From: a virus | Lineage: Duplodnaviria; Caudoviricetes | IMG/VR virus record: IMGVR_UViG_3300033067_002328 | Location: 1 to 42,748 of that record | Reading direction: 5' to 3' (one strand) | DNA length: 42,748 nt | In this document: positions 18,177-26,729 of the stretch, piece by piece | How positions within the stretch are numbered: position 1 is the first letter of the stretch | Layout of the letters: each line of letters begins with the position of its first letter | Notes under the pieces: generated by a model | What the model was told of the DNA's origin: nothing | Databases searched by the model: none | The model's input: only the letters and a program-made list of their open reading frames with translations | Made by a program: the position numbers and the translations under genes

Positions 18177-18467
18177 AACGGACCCCGCCTTGCTTGATCC
18201 TCCCTACTCCCATCGTCCGTCGATCGTGGCCATCTTTGATCATCAAACTTGCCCACGCGGGGGTAACCCACGCTTTCCCTTCCTCTTCTTCTTTCTTAAG
18301 AGAGAGTATATTAGGAGAAGGAAGGAAACTGAGAAAGGAAGCCTATACCCCCGTAAGCGTGGGACTAGGGACAATGAAGCAAGGGGGGGTCCGTTTATCA
18401 CCGGGCATTATCAACCGGGATTGTGCGCGCGTCCGCAAGCGGCCGTCCCACGCCATGCAACGGCATC

Positions 18468-18484
18468 GCCATAATTCCGCCACA
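18468..18484 (+). promoter_or_regulatory. 17-bp intergenic motif GCCATAATTCCGCCACA, copy 1 (probable early promoter/operator)
   Basis: Identical copy at 20214-20230; both intergenic and upstream of early genes. Confidence 0.6.
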
Positions 18485-18623
18485 TTCGGGGTCCATTGTT
18501 CGATGGTCAACCCCTATCCCCGAGTTGCTTTGCAAAGGCAATTTTGGGATGGGACTCTATCCCGTCAACGCGGCAAGCGTTTACTCTTGCTATTGCGGCG
18601 GTGCCGCAAGAAAGATGACGAAA

Positions 18624-19007
18624 ATGGTTGATATTCATGCACTCGACGCAAACCGCATCTCCGTCAAACTCCGTGACGGGGAAACCAATGCCAAAGTGCC
18701 CCGGACTCCTTTCAACCTAGAGTCCGCAATTGAAGCGCTTGCGGGCGAGGCCCTTGACCTTAACGGCCCGGAAAGCCTTTACCGCATCACGGGGGCAATC
18801 GCGGCCCTTTACGCGGCGGACAAGGGTTCCGAGAAAGGCAACACGCCAATCATCGATTGCGCAACGGAGTTGCTAATCAATATGAAATTGCCCGAAAACA
18901 TGCCGGGCTCTTTCGTGGCAATTGAAGTGCTTTCTTCCCTCCGGGATATGGAATTGATCGACGGAGGGGAAATCGACGACGACATCAAAGTCTTGACCGC
19001 CGCGTAA
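18624..19007 (+). CDS. Acidic early protein, first gene of the right arm
   Basis: 127 aa (alternative start 18615); about 22 D/E versus 11 K/R; no Gln. Confidence 0.7.
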   Translation: MVDIHALDANRISVKLRDGETNAKVPRTPFNLESAIEALAGEALDLNGPESLYRITGAIAALYAADKGSEKGNTPIIDCATELLINMKLPENMPGSFVAIEVLSSLRDMELIDGGEIDDDIKVLTAA

Positions 19008-19024
19008 GCAAAGACTTTCTATCG

Positions 19025-19060
19025 GAGAGAACGGACCGCGCCAGTCAAGTCCGTTCTCTC
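19025..19060 (+). terminator. 12-bp stem-loop (terminator or processing site)
   Basis: GAGAGAACGGAC-N12-GTCCGTTCTCTC right after the stop at 19007; weak U tract. Confidence 0.5.
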
Positions 19061-19108
19061 TTCCTAGCAAGTCTACCAGTCACCAATCAAAACCATCACG
19101 AGGGCAAA

Positions 19109-19312
19109 ATGACCAAACCAATCCTCTTCCGAGACCTATCCATCAACGACACTTTTGATTTCATTTCCGGCAATAACAACTCCTTTCACCGCCGGTGCAT
19201 GAAAATCTCCCCTCGCAAGTACCGCACCATCGAGCGCGGAATGATCCAGGTTTTCACCATTGGGGCAATCGCCGCGCGGGTTTACCACGTGAACCAAGAG
19301 GAGCAGGTCTGA
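19109..19312 (+). CDS. Hypothetical protein
   Basis: GAGG RBS; TGATG coupling to the next gene. Confidence 0.65.
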   Translation: MTKPILFRDLSINDTFDFISGNNNSFHRRCMKISPRKYRTIERGMIQVFTIGAIAARVYHVNQEEQV

Positions 19313-19998
19313 TGCCAGTCAATCCAAACCTTTCGGCAATTGCCGCGAAAATCCGAGCCCTCCAGGCCAAAACGACAGCCAGCGGTGCCAGCGAGGCCGA
19401 GGCCCTTGCTGCAGCCCTCAAGGCCCGCGAGCTGCTGGACAAGTACCAACTCGACATGACGGAGTTCGAGATCAAAGAGGAAGGCACCAGCCAGCAGGCA
19501 GCACCTTCCGACCGGCAGGGCATTGCCTCTAGGCTCGCAAACGCAATTGCCTCCTTCTGCTCCTGCAAGGTCTGGACTTCCGACAACAGAGCAAAAATCC
19601 AGTACCTCGGCCTCCGGTCCGACTCCGAGTTCGCCTCCTGGCTAACCACCAGCCTCTCCGGTTTCTGCCAGTCAGCAGCCTTGGACTATTCCCTCTTCTC
19701 CTCCGACGGCGCAGACCCTGCCTTGGTCGCTTCCTTCCTCAACGGGACTATCCAGCGGATTAATACAAGGCTGAAGGGAAATCTCCCGGCCACAGGCACC
19801 AGCTTAGTTGTCCTCAAGAATGCCCTAGTGGAGGAGGCTTATGCCAAGCTCAACCTACGCCTGGGCCAGGGACGGGCGGTTTCCTACACTTCCAGCCGGG
19901 CAGATGCCTTCGCCGCAGGCCAGGCAGCAGGTGACCTGGCCTCCTTCGGCAAGCCGCTTTCGCCAGGCGGCAGCCAATTGGCAATCGGAAGGGGCTAA
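19312..19998 (+). CDS. DUF2786-family protein
   Basis: KIRAL.AKT...GASEAEALAA..KA.ELL.KY.L N-terminus; AF.AG..AG C-terminus. Confidence 0.75.
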   Translation: MPVNPNLSAIAAKIRALQAKTTASGASEAEALAAALKARELLDKYQLDMTEFEIKEEGTSQQAAPSDRQGIASRLANAIASFCSCKVWTSDNRAKIQYLGLRSDSEFASWLTTSLSGFCQSAALDYSLFSSDGADPALVASFLNGTIQRINTRLKGNLPATGTSLVVLKNALVEEAYAKLNLRLGQGRAVSYTSSRADAFAAGQAAGDLASFGKPLSPGGSQLAIGRG

Positions 19999-20213
19999 GG
20001 CCCCTCTTCTTCTTTCTCCTCCCTCTTTTCCAAAAAGGAAAAGCCAAAATGGTCTCTTTCGCTACAATCGAGCAAGGAGCTAGAGCAGGGGAACTTGTCC
20101 CCGCAATCGAGGTTAATTCTAGCATTAACCTTCAGCACTGTCCTGCTCCTGCAAGACAGCAGCAGACCTACGGGCACGGAGGGGAAGCCCTCCCTTTCCG
20201 CCATGACCGAATA

Positions 20214-20230
20214 GCCATAATTCCGCCACA
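20214..20230 (+). promoter_or_regulatory. 17-bp intergenic motif GCCATAATTCCGCCACA, copy 2
   Basis: Identical to 18468-18484; followed by -10-like CATACT. Confidence 0.6.
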
Positions 20231-20271
20231 ATTCCCCGGCATACTACCAGTTCAACCAATCGAGGGCCCTC

Positions 20272-20646
20272 ATGCTAACCTCCAGTCAAAACGCCATTTC
20301 CCTCCTCCTCCAAGTCAAGCAGGCCCTTCGAGCGGAGACCTGGTACCAGGGAGGGGTGATTTCGCCAGACGGCAGTGCCCTCTGCCTGATTTCCCATTTG
20401 ACCCAGGCCAGCGACTCCTTCCCCCAGGGCACCTATGACCTAGCCTACGAGGCGCTTCGCAGGGTGCTGCGAGGCAAGACTAGCAAGGCCCGGCCTACCG
20501 GCTGGTGGAGCCTAGGACGGTTTAATGACTCCCCAGGCACCAAGCTGCAGCATGTCCACCAGGTCTTGGTTGAGGCAGCGGAGTTGCTTTCGCAAGGCAG
20601 CAGCCAGCCCGAGCCCGAAGAAACCATCTCAATCCGAGGAGCCTGA
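20272..20646 (+). CDS. DUF6197-like protein
   Basis: WYQG...G..LCL...FND.PG...V..VL pattern. Confidence 0.55.
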   Translation: MLTSSQNAISLLLQVKQALRAETWYQGGVISPDGSALCLISHLTQASDSFPQGTYDLAYEALRRVLRGKTSKARPTGWWSLGRFNDSPGTKLQHVHQVLVEAAELLSQGSSQPEPEETISIRGA

Positions 20647-20649
20647 CCC

Positions 20650-20946
20650 ATGACCTACCATTTCGTCATTTCCTCCGGCCTGCCGGACTTTCTTCCTAAC
20701 TCCCAGCAGGTCTTCCAGGCATACTCCATCCCCGAGGCAAATGCCATCATAGAGGAGGAAATCTCCCGCTGGTGCGAGGACGGCCTGGGTCACCGAGCCA
20801 TTGATTTCCATGGCATCGGAGGAAACTATCCTGATGCTTCCCAATGGTCCTGGATTCTGGCCTTCGCCAACCAGGGAGGAGAGGAGCTAACCCTGCAGGG
20901 CCTAACGGAGCAGGAAGCCAGCGAGTGGGAGGAGCAGGAGTCATGA
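20650..20946 (+). CDS. Acidic hypothetical protein
   Basis: GAGGAG RBS; coupled to the next ORF. Confidence 0.6.
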   Translation: MTYHFVISSGLPDFLPNSQQVFQAYSIPEANAIIEEEISRWCEDGLGHRAIDFHGIGGNYPDASQWSWILAFANQGGEELTLQGLTEQEASEWEEQES

Positions 20947-21152
20947 GCCACGAGTTGAAAGACCGCTTCCTCCCCCTCCACCTCCGGTTTCCAGTTGAGT
21001 ACGGGGCGTTGAAGGCACAGGGCCACTCACCTGCCAAGGCGGTTGAGATCCTCCTCGATGCAACTCGCGGAGACCGGCTTGCAAGGGCCCGGATTGACGG
21101 GATTTGCCGCCTGGAGAAAGTAATCCCGAGCCAGAAGTGGAGTCAGCTATGA
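20943..21152 (+). CDS. Hypothetical protein
   Basis: ATGA overlaps at both ends (MSHELKDRF...). Confidence 0.6.
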   Translation: MSHELKDRFLPLHLRFPVEYGALKAQGHSPAKAVEILLDATRGDRLARARIDGICRLEKVIPSQKWSQL

Positions 21153-21541
21153 GCCCCAACCTTGACGCGGAGTGGCTGCGCGAGTTTGCCTCCACCTGGC
21201 AGGACAATGGGATGAAAACCAGACTTCTGGCAATTGCCCAGCACCTCGCCAGCATGGAAGAGAAGCTAGCCGCAGCGGAAGCTGCTGGAAGCTACCAGGA
21301 AGGCTACCTCGCAGGCCAGGCCAGTGCCTTCAAGCGAAGCAACCTGGTTGACAGCCGCCAGTTAGCAGTCAAAGATGGAAGGGTGATCGTGGACTCTCTT
21401 GCGGCAACCAAGGTTGCCAGGAAAATCCCTCAAGGGGTCTCAGGTCTGGCAGCAGCACCAGCCAAATCCAAGATCATCGATGCTTCCAGCGCGAAACGCA
21501 AGCCCGTCAAGCGGGGCTGGGGGCTGGACTCACTGGCCTGA
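21149..21541 (+). CDS. Hypothetical protein
   Basis: MSPNLDAEW...; GGAG RBS; YQEGY.AG motif. Confidence 0.6.
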   Translation: MSPNLDAEWLREFASTWQDNGMKTRLLAIAQHLASMEEKLAAAEAAGSYQEGYLAGQASAFKRSNLVDSRQLAVKDGRVIVDSLAATKVARKIPQGVSGLAAAPAKSKIIDASSAKRKPVKRGWGLDSLA

Positions 21542-21613
21542 CGGCCGAAGGCCCGGCATTGCCCCTTCGCCCACCTTTGACCATCAAACTCGCCCTTTCC
21601 GGAGTCTCCCCCA

Positions 21614-21829
21614 ATGCCCCTCGAGTATCCAGTCAACATCACCCAGGTCCACGAGACGACCACCACCATTTTTCTCAGAGAGAAAGATCTCAAGGCCATT
21701 GTCTGTGAGTGGTTTGCAGAGCATCATGGAGTGCTCTTCACCACGGAGGACTGTTCTTTCCCTGCCATGGAATGGATCACGGTCGAGATGCTTATTTCCT
21801 TCACCTCCAAAACCGAAACTAGGGGCTAA
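21614..21829 (+). CDS. Hypothetical protein
   Basis: GGAG RBS; part of the early gene chain. Confidence 0.5.
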   Translation: MPLEYPVNITQVHETTTTIFLREKDLKAIVCEWFAEHHGVLFTTEDCSFPAMEWITVEMLISFTSKTETRG

Positions 21830-21839
21830 GGCCTGCGCG

Positions 21840-22118
21840 ATGGAGGACAACATTACCTACATCCCGGCCCTTCCAGCCGAAGCCGCCAGCGTGGCCCTCT
21901 GCTTCCCAGCCGAGCCGAGCCTTCTCCTCACCCTCGTGGCCGAGAAACATATCCCAGCCTACTCCGCCTGGCTCTGGGCCTCCCCCTCCGGCGAAGCCTT
22001 TTTCTCCAAGCTGCCCCTGCGGGGCAAAGCCATGGCTTGGAGAACGGGGACCAGTGTGGAGGAGGTCCTTCGCCGCAATCCCTCTCTTAAACCTGCCAAT
22101 CAAGGAACCTCCAAGTGA
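21840..22118 (+). CDS. Hypothetical protein
   Basis: MEDNITY...; GTGA overlap with the next gene. Confidence 0.5.
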   Translation: MEDNITYIPALPAEAASVALCFPAEPSLLLTLVAEKHIPAYSAWLWASPSGEAFFSKLPLRGKAMAWRTGTSVEEVLRRNPSLKPANQGTSK

Positions 22119-22333
22119 AATATTGGACACGAAAGTCTCGCTCTCAGCGAGCATCCAGGACCCAAACGGTCGAGACTCTGGACCTGGCCCTTGCTCCAGA
22201 CGGCAGTTCCTTCCTGCCTGTTCTCTTCTTTCGAGTTGGCGAAACCTGGCACTGCTTCAAGTTTGAAAATACGGGAGAGGCAAGAGTTCTTCTCTCCTCT
22301 GCCCAGCATGTTTTTCGAGGAGTCTCGAGGTGA
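22115..22333 (+). CDS. Hypothetical protein
   Basis: GTGA coupling at both ends. Confidence 0.5.
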   Translation: MKYWTRKSRSQRASRTQTVETLDLALAPDGSSFLPVLFFRVGETWHCFKFENTGEARVLLSSAQHVFRGVSR

Positions 22334-22818
22334 GATCTCGGCAGCCCAGGTTCCTCCGGAAGGTTGCAGTCCTTGCGGAGCTTCGCGCCCTGGGCCTAAC
22401 CCAAGCTGCCGCAGCTAAGCTCCTCGGCATCAGCAAAGCCAACGTGAGCCAGGTTAAGAGAAAAATGGGCTGGGCCTGGGCGGCCACCAAAGGGGGAGGA
22501 CATCGCCGGCCTGCCTGGATTGAGGAGGCCCTTCGCCAGGATTACCTGGCCCTTGGCCCGGAGGCAATGGCAGCAAGGCTGGGGTATACCCGAGGGGCCG
22601 TCATCGTCCTGGCCTGCAAGCTCGGCATCACCAGAGGAAGGAAGGGAGATCGGGGGGTTTATTCCAGGGGCTTTCTCCTGACCCCGGAGATCAAGCCAGT
22701 TTGGCAGGACCTGCGAAAGCTTGGCCTAACGGCAGCCGAGGCTAAGAGAGAATTGCAACGGCAGGGGCTGTTGCCTGCCAGTCACCAACCCGCAGTCAAA
22801 GAAAAGAACCTGCCATGA
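22330..22818 (+). CDS. Multi-HTH DNA-binding protein
   Basis: GLTQAAAAKLLGISKANVSQVK and MAARLGYTRGAV..LA.KLG helix-turn-helix patterns. Confidence 0.7.
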   Translation: MRSRQPRFLRKVAVLAELRALGLTQAAAAKLLGISKANVSQVKRKMGWAWAATKGGGHRRPAWIEEALRQDYLALGPEAMAARLGYTRGAVIVLACKLGITRGRKGDRGVYSRGFLLTPEIKPVWQDLRKLGLTAAEAKRELQRQGLLPASHQPAVKEKNLP

Positions 22819-23099
22819 CTTTCCCCCTCACCCCAGCCAACTTCTCTTCCGAAGTCCTCCCTACCGAGCCCAGGGGCTCCGACCCTGTGGCCTATCACCG
22901 AGTTTACATGTACCAGACCCCGCTCATCGACTACCAAGTCGCCTGCGGCCCACAGGGCCTTCTTTTTCGCATTGGGCAAGGGGAGTGGAGTCTTCGACCC
23001 TCCAGCCACTACCACGCGGAGATTCTTCTTTTCTTCCACCTAAGCCAGCCAGCCCCGGGCAAGAGAGCCAAGGAGAGATCAAATGGAAGTAGACACTGA
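22815..23099 (+). CDS. Hypothetical protein
   Basis: ATGA coupling. Confidence 0.5.
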   Translation: MTFPLTPANFSSEVLPTEPRGSDPVAYHRVYMYQTPLIDYQVACGPQGLLFRIGQGEWSLRPSSHYHAEILLFFHLSQPAPGKRAKERSNGSRH

Positions 23100-23325
23100 G
23101 GTCAAAAACAAAGGCCCGAGGTATCTTGGGGATGGACTTTACGCCTCCTTCGACGGTTGGCAATTTCACCTGTATACTGAGACCTCTTCTGGTGCTTCGC
23201 GCATGGAGGTCTGGTTGGAGCCGGAGGTCATTTGCCAACTGACTTCCTACATCCGAGACATTTATGAAGCCTTCGGAGCTGACCTCCCGGCTAATTTCAA
23301 CATCAAAACTAAGGAGAAGGAATAA
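23083..23325 (+). CDS. Conserved small phage protein
   Basis: YLGDGLYASFDG...LEPEV motif; AAGGAG RBS. Confidence 0.65.
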   Translation: MEVDTEVKNKGPRYLGDGLYASFDGWQFHLYTETSSGASRMEVWLEPEVICQLTSYIRDIYEAFGADLPANFNIKTKEKE

Positions 23326-23597
23326 TGGCACAGGACCTTGAGCAGCAACCCGAGCCCCGGCGCCGCTCGCGCGGCAGCATCTCCACCGGGGAGAGGCCCT
23401 ACATCCTGGAATCTGCCTCCTTCCACGAGCAGCAGAAGTCGGTTTTGGCCGATGTGCAGGGGCAACTGACCACCCTAACTGCTGAAGCCGCAGGCCTTGC
23501 CTCCCGCATCGCCGACCTGGAGATGGTGGAGAAGGCCCTCATCGCCTCCTGCGACAGCATTTCCGCCAGTGTCCTTGCGGAGCAGCAGCAGTCATGA
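23325..23597 (+). CDS. Coiled-coil hypothetical protein
   Basis: TAATG coupling; heptad pattern. Confidence 0.6.
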   Translation: MAQDLEQQPEPRRRSRGSISTGERPYILESASFHEQQKSVLADVQGQLTTLTAEAAGLASRIADLEMVEKALIASCDSISASVLAEQQQS

Positions 23598-23872
23598 CAA
23601 CAGCGGTAGGCAAAGCCCCTCGACAGCATTTCCTCCACGACTGCGATCTCTGCACTTTCGTGGACTCTTTTCTCTTCGGCCCCTCCACTCTTGACCTCTG
23701 GTGGGGACACGGGCCAGCTCCAACAGTCATACTCCGTTTCGGCGACGAGGGGGCGGCTTATTTCTCCTGCCCCAGCAGCCTTCTTGCCAACATGGGGAGC
23801 AAAGATAGAAAATGGGCTATCGCAGCAGAGTTAACCAAGGAATTGAAGCAACAGTCAGCAGCCAGCAGCTAG
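23594..23872 (+). CDS. Hypothetical protein
   Basis: HDCDLC.F...DLW...RFGDEG..Y.S motif. Confidence 0.6.
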   Translation: MTTAVGKAPRQHFLHDCDLCTFVDSFLFGPSTLDLWWGHGPAPTVILRFGDEGAAYFSCPSSLLANMGSKDRKWAIAAELTKELKQQSAASS

Positions 23873-23892
23873 CAGTCAACAGGAGTTGCAGC

Positions 23893-24132
23893 ATGACCAT
23901 GATTGAAGGGAATCAGATTTCTGCCTGGCAGGCCAAAGTCATCGCCTCGGCCCTGCGCCTCTGGGCAGTTCACCGAATCCGTGCCAACAGAAGCTACACC
24001 CCGGCAAGAATGATGGAGGTGGCCCAGGCAATTACCGGGAGGAAGTTTAAGAAATTGGACTACCTCGGGGCGGCCAAGGCACTCGAGGCCCAGTCCTCGA
24101 GGCCAAGCCTTCGGGAAGGAGTGGAAAGATGA
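23893..24132 (+). CDS. Conserved small basic phage protein
   Basis: AGGAG RBS; R.YTP..MM..A..ITG.KF...DY pattern. Confidence 0.6.
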   Translation: MTMIEGNQISAWQAKVIASALRLWAVHRIRANRSYTPARMMEVAQAITGRKFKKLDYLGAAKALEAQSSRPSLREGVER

Positions 24133-24257
24133 AAAAGGAGAACAAGAGACTTTTCCTTTCCCCTTTTGACTGCAGTAAGCTGAACATCCCTCCCCGCTGG
24201 GCTGGAGTCCCCATGTCCCCCCTCCGCCTTTTCACCATTAGGAGAAACCTTCGATGA
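24129..24257 (+). CDS. Possible 42-aa ORF
   Basis: Hand-translated; ATGA overlaps at both ends fill the gap exactly. Confidence 0.3.
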   Translation: MKKENKRLFLSPFDCSKLNIPPRWAGVPMSPLRLFTIRRNLR

Positions 24258-24499
24258 CCCGCCGCAACCCCCGTTTGTGGCGTACCGAGCGTTTCGTAGT
24301 GGATATTCCAATAGTCGGACAAATCTCTACCTCTCAACTTCGCTGGTACTTGGAATCAGCGATTGAGAATGGGAATCTATCTCACTCATTGACCAAGTAT
24401 AACAGCAATCTGAAAGATGCAGGTGTGTTGACCACTCAGGTGGGCCGAGTCCGTGTTAAGTCTTACAGTCGTGTGAGAGCTATGGAGAAAGAAGAATGA
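24254..24499 (+). CDS. Hypothetical protein
   Basis: AGGAG RBS; coupled to the next gene. Confidence 0.55.
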   Translation: MTRRNPRLWRTERFVVDIPIVGQISTSQLRWYLESAIENGNLSHSLTKYNSNLKDAGVLTTQVGRVRVKSYSRVRAMEKEE

Positions 24500-24897
24500 G
24501 CCAAGTTGACTTAAGTCCAGCCAGACTGGCAGAGATGCGAGCAGCGGCGGAGAAGGCGACTGCGCCGGGAGAGTGGGCGTCAATCGAAGACCTTTACGCG
24601 AATGCGGAGCACATCGCCAACTTCTCTCCCGCCAATGCCATTGCCCTCCTCGATGCCCTTACCGCCGAGCGGGCGAGGGTGGAGGCGCTGACAGAGGCGC
24701 TGACAGCAGCAGCGGGTGAGTTGTTCGAAGCTGAGGACAAATTCTGGGTAATCCACCGCAACCATCCTGGCGAAGCGGCAGGACGCGCTCAAGGCGAGGA
24801 CAAGATGCTTTGTGCTGAGCTTGCCAACCGCATGAGAGCCGCCAAACAAGCCGCCCGCAAGTCCCTCGCCCGGCAAGCCATTGGAGAGAAGCTGTGA
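24496..24897 (+). CDS. Ead/Ea22-like protein
   Basis: L.E.RAAAEKAT.GEW...NAEHIA..SPA...ALLD motif. Confidence 0.65.
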   Translation: MSQVDLSPARLAEMRAAAEKATAPGEWASIEDLYANAEHIANFSPANAIALLDALTAERARVEALTEALTAAAGELFEAEDKFWVIHRNHPGEAAGRAQGEDKMLCAELANRMRAAKQAARKSLARQAIGEKL

Positions 24898-25253
24898 ACA
24901 AACTAGGCAGTCGAAAACACCTTTCGGTCAAGATCGCCAAGGGTGTCCTCACCATCAGCATAGGCATGGCCACACTCGCGAATGCCATCCGGTTCAACCC
25001 AGACCTCGCGGCGTGGGACGAGGTGACGGGCGACGAACTACTGTCGGAAATCACTGACGTAACGCTGTTCGGCAAGGAACTCGTCAGGGCCCTCGAAAGC
25101 GAGGAGGAGGATGGCACAACGCCGGTCCACCTGATGCTGGACGCCGCCGCCCTTTCGGCCATTGAGAATGGCGCTGAGGGCATCCTAACAGGCGACGACA
25201 AGCTCGACAATCTGCGTAGGCAGCGCGCTCAGGAGCCCCATCATGACCAATGA
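24894..25253 (+). CDS. Conserved acidic phage protein
   Basis: LTISIG..TLA.A...E.EDGTTPVH.MLD.A...AIE.G pattern. Confidence 0.65.
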   Translation: MNKLGSRKHLSVKIAKGVLTISIGMATLANAIRFNPDLAAWDEVTGDELLSEITDVTLFGKELVRALESEEEDGTTPVHLMLDAAALSAIENGAEGILTGDDKLDNLRRQRAQEPHHDQ

Positions 25254-25917
25254 CCTGAACCCAGCCGGGGAAGCGGCGATCGAAAGTCTGTGGAGCGACG
25301 ATTGGACGAAAGCTCCGCGCGATGGAAGCGAGGTGCTGCTGCGGCTCCACAATGGCGGAGTGCATGTCGGTCGATGGTCAACGAGCTACAGCGTGTTCGG
25401 CCTCGGCGGGTGCTGGACCGATGGCTTCAGCACGATGGGCGATAAGATCGACTATAGCCATTGGGCGTCAGGCGACAAGCTTTACGACCTGCTGCATTTG
25501 CAGGGCAAGGCCCTCCGCCTCACCTCCCTCCCCCAGCCAGAAGGGGAGACAGCCGATCTGGTGGAGAGGCTGCGGGCCTACGCCGGGCCTGTACGGATGG
25601 ACAACGGTTGCAGCGGCGAACTTGCCTATGAAGCCGCCGACACCATCACCAGCCTCTCCCAACGCCTTGCTGTGGCAGAGGGCGACACCGCGTATCGGCT
25701 CGCCGCCGAAGCTGCGCTTGCCCATGCCCGCGCGGCGGCGATAGAGGATTGCGCGAAGGTGCTAGACGAAATGGCACTGCGAGCGGCAGTTGACCTCGAT
25801 ACCGACAAACAGTCCCGCGACCCGAGTATCCTGTTCAGGGTTCGAGATATGGCGACGCACCTCTATACCGGCGCCGCTGCAGCCCTCCGCGCTATCCAGG
25901 GGAGTGGGAAGCCATGA
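25243..25917 (+). CDS. Mosaic protein with DUF551-like segment
   Basis: APRDGSEVLL...SHW; DLVERLR...EAADTI; AAIEDCAK modules. Confidence 0.6.
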   Translation: MTNDLNPAGEAAIESLWSDDWTKAPRDGSEVLLRLHNGGVHVGRWSTSYSVFGLGGCWTDGFSTMGDKIDYSHWASGDKLYDLLHLQGKALRLTSLPQPEGETADLVERLRAYAGPVRMDNGCSGELAYEAADTITSLSQRLAVAEGDTAYRLAAEAALAHARAAAIEDCAKVLDEMALRAAVDLDTDKQSRDPSILFRVRDMATHLYTGAAAALRAIQGSGKP

Positions 25918-25976
25918 GGCCGGTCATGACCCGCCTTAACGGCCCCGGTGGATCGAAGTTAAAGAAAGGAACCTGA

Positions 25977-26402
25977 ATGCCCATTACTCAGGAAAGATTT
26001 CTCTCCTTGTTGCAGGCAGGGGAGGACCAGGCGCAGGGCTTGCGGCAGGCTTGCGAAATCGCCGCACGCGAGGCAAGGTTGGTGGCCGAAGGCAAGACCT
26101 CTGCCGAGGAGGCCCTGGCCAACATTTCCCTCTTCCTTACCCCGGAGGGTCTGCTGCAGCAGCCAGTCGCCAGTCAGCTAACGCTGCAAGCGGAACGCAA
26201 GTTTTTCTCCAAGGAGAGATTGGGGATTAACAGGAGAAGCAAAGACAGGCAGGCCCGCAAGCGAGGACGCCAGCCGCCAGCGGGGGAGCCCGACTGGCCG
26301 GAGGAGTTTGAGGCTTCGCCAATTCCTTCCCCCTCGGAAGACCTGGAGGAGCAGCATGTAAGTCTCGGGGACTTCGAGACAACAGAAGAAGGAGAAAATT
26401 GA
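25977..26402 (+). CDS. Hypothetical protein
   Basis: AAGGA RBS; acidic tail. Confidence 0.6.
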   Translation: MPITQERFLSLLQAGEDQAQGLRQACEIAAREARLVAEGKTSAEEALANISLFLTPEGLLQQPVASQLTLQAERKFFSKERLGINRRSKDRQARKRGRQPPAGEPDWPEEFEASPIPSPSEDLEEQHVSLGDFETTEEGEN

Positions 26403-26689
26403 TGGAATACATTCACCTGATTGGAGCGGAGCAGGTCCAGTCAGCAGCCAGGACGATTTCCGAAGCAGCCGACCGGATGAACCACGCGGCGGTCGAGATG
26501 CAGGGAGCAGCAGACTACCTCCAGCGGGGATGGAATGCTCAGCAAGAGTGGATGGAGCAATGGTTGACCAGGTTGGAGGAGGTGCTGGTCAAGCAGCCTG
26601 AGCCGGTTTTCAACTTCGACCCAGAGCCAGTAGAGCCAGAGGAGCCAGAGTACTACCCGCCACTACCCGACGATGAAATCCCTTTCTAA
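26399..26689 (+). CDS. Small helical protein ending in SSB-tail-like DDEIPF
   Basis: Coiled-coil body followed by Pro/Glu linker and PLPDDEIPF C-terminus; start is TTG 26399 or ATG 26402. Confidence 0.65.
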   Translation: MMEYIHLIGAEQVQSAARTISEAADRMNHAAVEMQGAADYLQRGWNAQQEWMEQWLTRLEEVLVKQPEPVFNFDPEPVEPEEPEYYPPLPDDEIPF

Positions 26690-26729
26690 GCAGTCGCCTG
26701 AACCCTCTTTTCAGAAAGAAAGAAAGCAA

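Noticed and set aside
17918-18623. N-terminal extensions of ORFs 17336..18271 and 18423..19007, and ORFs 18052..18474 and 18194..18631
   Set aside because: They run through promoter, repeat and hairpin sequence; downstream ATGs give better starts.
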